DNA of 64,000 nt, from assembly GCA_964016885.1 (NCBI GenBank), contig OZ024759.1:24738001-24802000 (forward strand), written 5' to 3'. Below the pieces are notes generated by a model. The model ran no database searches, was not told where the DNA came from, and saw only the letters and a program-made list of their open reading frames with translations. The DNA comes from Eledone cirrhosa (lineage: Eukaryota). The first letter of the stretch is position 1, and each line of letters begins with the position of its first letter. Positions 56,316 through 64,000 of this stretch are shown in pieces. Both the position numbers and the translations under genes were made by a program.

Positions 56316-59300
56316 GTAAGTATTTTCTTAATCTGATGTGTTTTCTACCTGTTTTCCAATGTATGTCATCAACTTCAGTCTCAATTCACTCCCAAATCAG
56401 AACACGTGAAAACAACATATAATTGTTTCTACTTTTGGTATAAGGCCAACAATTACCCCAGTTCTAGTCCTGTAGAAGCTATTTCTATATTAAACATTTA
56501 TACTCTGTTATGTATTGAGTACCTTACTTTCTTTGGTTACTCCTGATTGAACCCGGGATGTACACGCACATTTATATTAATTAATTAAAATAACAGATTA
56601 AAGTCTTAGCAACAAATCACTGCTTTCATCCTTAACAGGATTTTCTGAAACTTATCCTTATCGAGCCCTCTTTGGATCTTAGTCTTCACATTTATTATTA
56701 TTACTATGAAATTTGTAGAAGATATTCTTTATGGATTTGGAAGAGTTGATTCAGCTATGCCATTATATACTCATCAAAGGTCAGCTAATGAAATAAAACC
56801 AACAGGAGAGTATGTTTACGACCACCTTCTCAAACACCCTTATCTTACAACCTCACCATTTTCTGATTGTATATATATGTGTTTGTGTGTGTGTGTATGT
56901 ATGTATACTTTAATTCCTCCGGACCTTCATCATCATCAACACTCATTAACGCCACACTCCAGACACATCCAAATCTCTCTTATATATAGTCACACATTTC
57001 AACACAACCTGATCTCAGTTTGACAATCGCCACAGACAGACGAATGCGAGAAAGTTCTCCAGCCCAAGTTAACCAGGAATCTCTAAAATTCTTCCCACCG
57101 AAGTTAACTTACTGGATCTACCAACTCATAATATTTTTTTAACACTACAAGTGAAGTCATTCTTTTCCTTTTTTTCAAATATATATATATACACATACAT
57201 ATTTATGTATGTAGGGGTGTTTATGCAACTACCCAGTACACACCAACAAAGTTCTGTATGCACAGGAATCATTTTAATTGTAAATAAATTCTAATTTCAA
57301 AATTGGTTCAGATAGAATCTTCCCAGAAGTAATTCTCTATTCAAAACTACTTAGCAATGAAATCTCATCAATAGACAATTTAATTGATTCTTTATCTTCT
57401 TCAGATTTAAAATCTTTTTTATCAAAATACATTTCTTTTAAATGGATTGTACGGCGCTGGTTTGAGTCTATTAATGAAGAATCCTTTGAAAATTATATCA
57501 TATTGTTTAGTCCTTTCATGGCATTTGTTCCTGGTCTCTACATTCATAGTCTATGTATGCTGCCTGTCAATCTTCTGGAGTCAGTAAAGTAATGTACCAG
57601 TCATATGCTGGGGTTGATGTAATCTAATTTTCCTCCCCACAAATTGTTGGCTTGATACATAAATTAGAAATCATTATTATTATATTGATGGTGGATTGGC
57701 AGTATCGGTAGAGCATCAGACACCATGCTTTGCAGCATAGTTGTGGCCCTTTACGTTCTGAGTTCAAATCCTGCCAAGGTCAAATTTCCTATTCAGTCTT
57801 CCTAGTCAACCAAATAAAGTACCAATCAAGTACTGGGGTATGTTTAATTGATTTTCCCCTCTCCTAAAATAGTTGGCCTTGTGTGTATGATATGGTCCCA
57901 TAACTCCTGTGGGAGTTGTAGCAGTGTTGTATTGACATATGGCACTTCTTGGGCCTTTTCTAAAAGCTGGTGGAGCCCATCTCCTCTCCAGGTCTGAATA
58001 CAGCAGATTTCTTCCAGAGAAGCATAGATAGAGTGAGAGAAAAGGAGTAAGAGATATAATCGACTCCATTACTAGACTGGTACTTTTTTTATCAATCTCG
58101 AATGAATGAAAAGCAAAGTTGACTTTGGCAGGATTTGAACTCAGAGACCAGACAGCTAGAACGAATGCCACAAAGCGTTCCATATAACGTTCTGTCGACT
58201 CTTCCAATTTACCGCCATAGTTAGTCTTGTGCCTAAATTAAAAATCTCTTTTTATGAATCGCCTTTTTATTCAGGTCACTATTATACATTTTATTTAGAA
58301 CATCATATACTGTCATCATCAAATACTAATATTACTGTGAGGCGAGCCATAAAGTACACCTCCTCCCCCTACACACACATATACGCTCGCCCTCGTGAAT
58401 GAACATGTGGTTTTTAGTCCTACAAAATCCCTTCTATACAATGAACTACTTACTGCTCCCTCTACACAGTTAATGCATAAAAGCATTAAATAAATAAGTC
58501 TTTATTATGTGAGCAGACTTCTGTTACAGAGTTGTATAGTCAGCTTTGTGTGTGTATGAGTGTATATGAATGTGTGTGTGTATGAGTGTATATGAATGTG
58601 TGTGTGTATGTGTGTGTATGAGTGTATATGAATGTGTGTGTATGTGTGTGTATGTGTGTGTATGTGTGTGCATGAGTGTATATATGTGTATGAGTGCATA
58701 TGTTTATATGTATCTGTGTGAGTGTCCTATTATGGAACCAAGTGGTTGATAAAGGGTGTTGAGATGTGGGGGCCCTGTACAGTTTGTGCAGTGGCGGTGG
58801 AATGGGGATGGTGGCAGGGGTACCATTGCTCTCCCCAAACTACCAAAACACTCATCTACATGTCGTGTTTATCGCATATCAAAGTTTTTAATATCTTGGT
58901 TGATATTTGATAACAACAGCTAAACTAATCACTTACAACTAAATTGACCAAATTTGGCCCCTCTAATTCAGAAATCCTTCGACCTCCCCTTTTGTGTATA
59001 ACTTCTTGCTTAATTCTCCAGCAATATTCTGCAAATTGTAACTGGCTGGTTGGCCGGCTAGTTTGTTGGCTGGTTTGTTGGTTGGTTTGCTGGCTGGTTG
59101 GTGGATGGGAAAAGTATTAAACCACTCCCAGTGCTAGACTGAAGCTGTGTTACTGACCTTGAATAGATTGTAAGGCAAAGGTGACCTTGGTGGAATTTGA
59201 ACCCACAATGTAAACTACTGTACCAAATTCCAACAAGAAATAATTTTGTTTGAAGCTGTACCAATTCTGTGTGTGTGGATGTATCTCTCTCTCTCTCTCT

Positions 59301-60249
59301 CTCTCTCTCTATGTAGCATGTATGTATGTAAATATATAACATATCTTTACCAAAACATAACCACTGTTCTCATTACATAACTCTATTATGCATGCTCTCT
59401 GAACATTGCGATGCTGTTTTCTGACATTGTAGGCATGCCCTCAGGTGTTAAACTCATGTATTTCAAAAAGGTGCTCAGGGTTGTTGGCAAGATGGTTAAT
59501 AACTTTGTGTGTGTTTACCTGGACATGCGAGAAATATGGGATTTGATTCCTCACAGATGCTTCTGTCCAGTTACCTGTCCCCAGGTGTACTTTACCTGAT
59601 TTTTTAAACTATTATTTATAAGGATCAACTGCTTACATGGATTGTATATTACCATTCAATGAAATATAGGACACTCTCTCACAATTGAAATTCTATAATT
59701 ATGTTTATAATTGTATGTGTATGTGTGTGGGGGGGGGGGGGGGTGTATAAGTGTGGGTGGTGAGGAGATGAAAGGAATTTCAGTTTATAATCCTCTGCAT
59801 GTGTCTGTCTGTCTGTCTGTCTGGTGAAGAGATGAGGGGAGTTAAAAAAGGCTTTTATTTAGCATGGACAGCAGACATTAAAAAAACAATGACAAGGATG
59901 ATGATAATGTATATGTGGTGGTGGTGGTGGGGAGATGAAAGGGATTAAAAGGGTCTTTACTAATGAAGGAAACTAAATCACGTGAGATGAGTCTTATTGT
60001 CTAAATTCAAAGCAAAGAAAAACTATGGTAGCTGTATTATGAAACAAAACAGAAATCAATAAATATGTGTGTGTATGTGGTATATATATGTGTGTGCGTG
60101 TGTGTGTGTGTGCATATGTGTGTGTTTGGTATTATACTATTAGTTTGTATTCATATATATATGTGTGTATATATATGCATATATGTATGTGCATATATAT
60201 ATATATATATACATGTGTGTGTGTATATATATGTATGTATATATATATA

Positions 60250-60500
60250 AGAGGGATCAGATGTTGTTTACTCGAGAGAAGGCTACGTTGGTATGGACAC
60301 GTGATGCGCATGAAAGTCGATAGCTGTATAACAAAGTGCAGGGCAATAAAGATAGACGGTAGCCACGGAATAGGCAGACCTAGAAAAACCTGGGACGAGC
60401 TGATAAACTCCGACCTCACACACTTACACCTCTCCAAGACAATGTCACTGGACCGAGACCTTTGGCGGTACTCAGTAACAGAGAAGACCCACCTTACCTA
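60250..60500 (+). mobile_element. RTE-clade LINE 3' end
   Basis: RRLRWYGHVMRM...GRPRKTWDELINSDL...DRDLWR, the typical RTE ORF C-terminus. Confidence 0.85.
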
Positions 60501-60968
60501 AATATATAGTAAAACCTACTCCAGCCAGTAGGCATCTCTAACAAAATACACCCCGTCCCACCACCACCACCCCCACCCCATCCACACCACCCCGTTCTAT
60601 GTAAAGTTATGTTGGTGCCGCGCCATCCAGGCCGAAACAAATGAGATCGTGTAGGTGTCACGACAAAAAAACACACAGTCCACGCTGTAATGTGGCCGTG
60701 TAGGCAATACGGTAAAAACCTCCCAGACCCACACTGTAAATGTGGTTGGTGTTAGGAAGGGCATCCAACTGTAGAAAACCTGCCAGACAGTCCTATGCGA
60801 GCAAGACAATCACTCTTGCCTCAAGTGGGACTACCCCCGTCCAAACCCATGCAAGCGTGGAACACGGACGTTAAACGTTGATGATGATATATATTTATTA
60901 AAATAACATTAAAGTTTAAGCAAAGAATCGAGCCCTCTTTGGATTTTAGTCTTCACATTTATTATTAT

Positions 60969-61004
<36 letters not shown>

Positions 61005-61767
61005 GAAAGACATAGAGATTGTTTTAGCGAGAAGCTACTAGTATTCTATAACATATATATATGCGACTATGTCGTCAAGATGGGAAAAGTGGTTAACGTA
61101 AGATTTAGGAAAAATAATTCAAACTCATCTCAAAAGAGAATCAGGATACAAATTCATCCACAGAATTTAGTGAAATCCAGGGAAAAATCAATAGACCTTT
61201 AACTCATGATAAATATATATATATATATATATATTAGCCTGATTATATATATATATATATAGTAATAATTGTTTCTTACATAAGCAAAAGGTCAGCAATT
61301 TTTGGGGGAGGAGGAAAGTTGATTAAACCAACCCCAGTGCGTGACTGGTACTTTATTTTATCGACCCCGTAATGATGAAAGGCAAAGTTAACCTCGGCGG
61401 GATTTGAACTCAGATCATATCCCGCTGAGGTTAACTTTGTATATATAATCAGGCTAATATAATATAATATATATATATGTGTGTGTGTGTGTGTTAGGAA
61501 GGGCATCCAGTTGTAGAAACCAAGCCCAAATCTGTTCTGTATGTGCAACAAGACATGGTCACTTGACCTAGCATTGCCCACAACAGGACAACCCATCTAG
61601 CCTATGTTAGTGTGGAAAATTTGACGTAAGATGGTGATGATGATGATGTAAATGATGCAACAAAATACCCTCCCATATTTTACACGGTCAACCATTAAAA
61701 TGTGGGAGATATTTTAGACTCACCCTTTACAATGTGTATGTTTATATATTCTTTTCTTTCTTTTCAG

Positions 61768-62001
61768 AATGGAACATTCTTGTGGGACAAACATATTCAA
61801 GGACTTATACTAGGTTCGTTCTTCTGGGGTTACCTTATGACCCAAGTATTCGGTGGTTGGCTGTCCACCAAGTTTGGTGGCAGAAGAGTCTTTGGTTACA
61901 ATATTCTAGTGGCATCTGCTGCATCACTGTTGACACCAGTTGCAGCAAATGTCCATTTTATTTTCCTCATCATTCTTCGTGTCCTCATCGGAATGACCAC
62001 A
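61768..62001 (+). CDS. SLC17-family transporter, TM2-TM4 exon; gene continues beyond the window
   Basis: ttttCAG acceptor ending 61767, GTAAGT donor at 62002, phase 0/0. Encodes NGTFLWDKHIQGLILGSFFWGYLMTQVFGGWLSTKFGGRRVFG...LLTPVAA...LRVLIG, a classic SLC17/MFS signature. Confidence 0.95.
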
Positions 62002-62327
62002 GTAAGTGACCTTCAGCTATTTATTTACTCGTTTTTTTTTTATTCTTTCATTCTTTTACTGCTCTCGGTCATTAGACTGCAGCCAAGTTGGGGCACAACC
62101 TCAAATAGATTTAAACGACCGTATCGGTTACAGTATTTATATTTTCAAGACCGGTAATACTTTTTTTATCAAACAATTTTAAAACGTTTTTACTTTTTTT
62201 TCTTGTCAAAGTTATGGAACATGAGCACGGACACAAGCGTAAACATAGATACTCACACATACATATTTATGCACACTCACACACATGCACGCGTCACATA
62301 TATATATATGTGAATCTCCATGTTAAA

Positions 62328-62419
62328 ACGTATCTGAGGAGTTTCCGATTCCAGAGTCAGGTTCGATCATTAATAGATTGTTCCTTGAGCTGATCGACAG
62401 TGAAACATATGTAATATGT
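62328..62419 (+). ncRNA. Hammerhead ribozyme motif with about 60-nt expanded stem II region
   Basis: ACGTAT-CTGAGGA-[61 nt]-GAAA-CATATG-TA-ATATGT; 6-bp stem I, palindromic ACATATGT stem III. Confidence 0.7.
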
Positions 62420-62494
62420 AATTAAATATCTATATGATGCAACACTGATTCTTTGTTCCCTTACATATTAATACTATATATATATATATATATA

Positions 62495-62824
62495 ATAATA
62501 ATACAAGGACGAATAGTTACTCCTTCGTTATGTTTATTGGTTGGTGACATGTGTTTCACTACTGATCAGCTCAAGGTTCGATCTGTATCGATCTAACCCG
62601 ACTCTGGAATCAAAAACTCGATAGATCGATACAGATCGAACCTTGAGCTGATCAGTAGCGAAACGCACATCACCAACCAATAAACGTAATGAAGGAGTAA
62701 CCATTTGTCCTTGTATTATTATATTACACTCTGTCTAGCTCTACACCTCGATACTGACGTAAAACTAAACATCGAGTGCTCACCCGGGTGAATCTACAGT
62801 AACTCCGCATTACACTCCCTGGAT
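62495..62824. mobile_element. Foldback PLE-like terminus (about 100-bp inverted arms) in (TA)n
   Basis: Arms about 62495-62595 and 62622-62722 are reverse complements. Each carries the GAAA-N6-TC 3' half of the hammerhead; homologous to 20215-20455. Confidence 0.75.
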
Positions 62825-62930
62825 ATATATATATATATATATACTCGTTCCTATTAGCCACTCTACTACACTAAGTATTGAGTACTTTAGTGCGTTATGG
62901 TCCATCTGGTTCCTTACCACATTTCCTTCG

Positions 62931-62989
<59 letters not shown>

Positions 62990-64000
62990 AGGCTTCTGCA
63001 GTTTCTGCCTACCAAATGCCACTGAAAACCTGTTAAATGTACAATATAGCAAGAAGGAATCCTGACCCTCATAGTTGTGAAGCAAATTCTTTAAACTGGG
63101 GGGTTTTTTCTGTATTTTTTCAGCTATTTTACTGCATTTATTTATTTAATTTCATTGTTAGTCTTTTACTATTTTAGGACAGTAAAAAAAAAACAATACT
63201 GGCATTGTTATCATCAACTAAATCTCTTCAAAGTGGTGCCCCAGCATGGCCATAGTCTAATGACTCAAACCAGTAAAAGAGCAAAAGAATACAAAGAAAC
63301 GCTACAGAAAATGTTTCGGAACACATCTTGAATATAATTGTATTTTTGTTTTATTCAGGGAATTTAACTTTTTATTTTCATTCTGGAGAATGGCAAGAGA
63401 TCAGACATAAAAACATTTTATAAGTTCAGGGATCTTCTTGTTTAAACACCTGTGTGAGTATTAGTAGTAGTACTAGTAGTAGTAGTTGATGTTGATGTTG
63501 TTCTTAATGTTCTTGTTGTTCTTGTTGATGATGTTGTTGTGACAGAAATTATAAGAAATAATGTGTGGTTTGGTGTGGTGGGGATTGGTAGAATAATTGT
63601 TTCTGCTTTTGGCACAAGACCAGCAATTATCCCAGTGCATTACTGGTACTTTATTGTATCAATCCCGTATGGATCAAAGGCAAAGTTAGCCTCGGCAGGA
63701 TTTGAATTCAGACAGTTAAGGGCCGTAACTCTATGTTGTAGAGCGTGGCGCCCAACCCTCTACTGATACTGCTATCATCATCATTTCATTTTTCATCATC
63801 ATTTCATTTTTTACGTCCACTTTTTCCCTGCTTGCAAGGGTGGGACTGGAACTGATTCTGGCTTGATTTCTACAGCTGGATGCCCTTCCTAACACCAACC
63901 TCATTTACAGTGAGTGCTGGGTGCTTTTTTGTTGTGGCACCTCCACGATCACTTTACAGTGGAATGATAGGGACCCCAGTCCCTATCATCTCATTTCTAC

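Noticed and set aside
56068-62001. Assigning the gene symbol SLC17A5 or VGLUT
   Set aside because: The family is clear but orthology cannot be determined from these exons, and key diagnostic residues differ.

Overview
Repeat-dense animal genomic DNA, not prokaryotic. The SINE, microsatellite and MITE content suggests a cephalopod such as Octopus (inference). Almost all ORFs in the track are microsatellite or minisatellite artefacts. One real host gene is supported: the 5' part of an SLC17 (sialin/VGLUT-family) MFS transporter on the + strand, with phase-compatible exons at 41309-41357 (putative), 56068-56315 and 61768-62001. The rest is transposon debris: tRNA-derived SINEs, RTE/CR1/Ingi-Vingi/CRE LINE ends, a deleted mariner, piggyBac- and hAT-type MITEs, and minisatellites. 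The most striking unannotated signal is a set of short, often foldback (palindromic) elements inserted in (TA)n or (CA)n tracts. At least six sequence-distinct families carry minimal type I hammerhead-ribozyme motifs (stem I-CTGANGA-stem II-GAAA-short stem III-TH-stem I). One lies about 250 bp downstream of a Penelope-type GIY-YIG ORF, which ties them to Penelope-like retroelement termini. One family has an unusually large, apparently branched stem II. Several families share a 3' GAGTRC motif, and truncation or inversion points cluster in or near the ribozyme. All structures were read by eye and none has been computed or tested.
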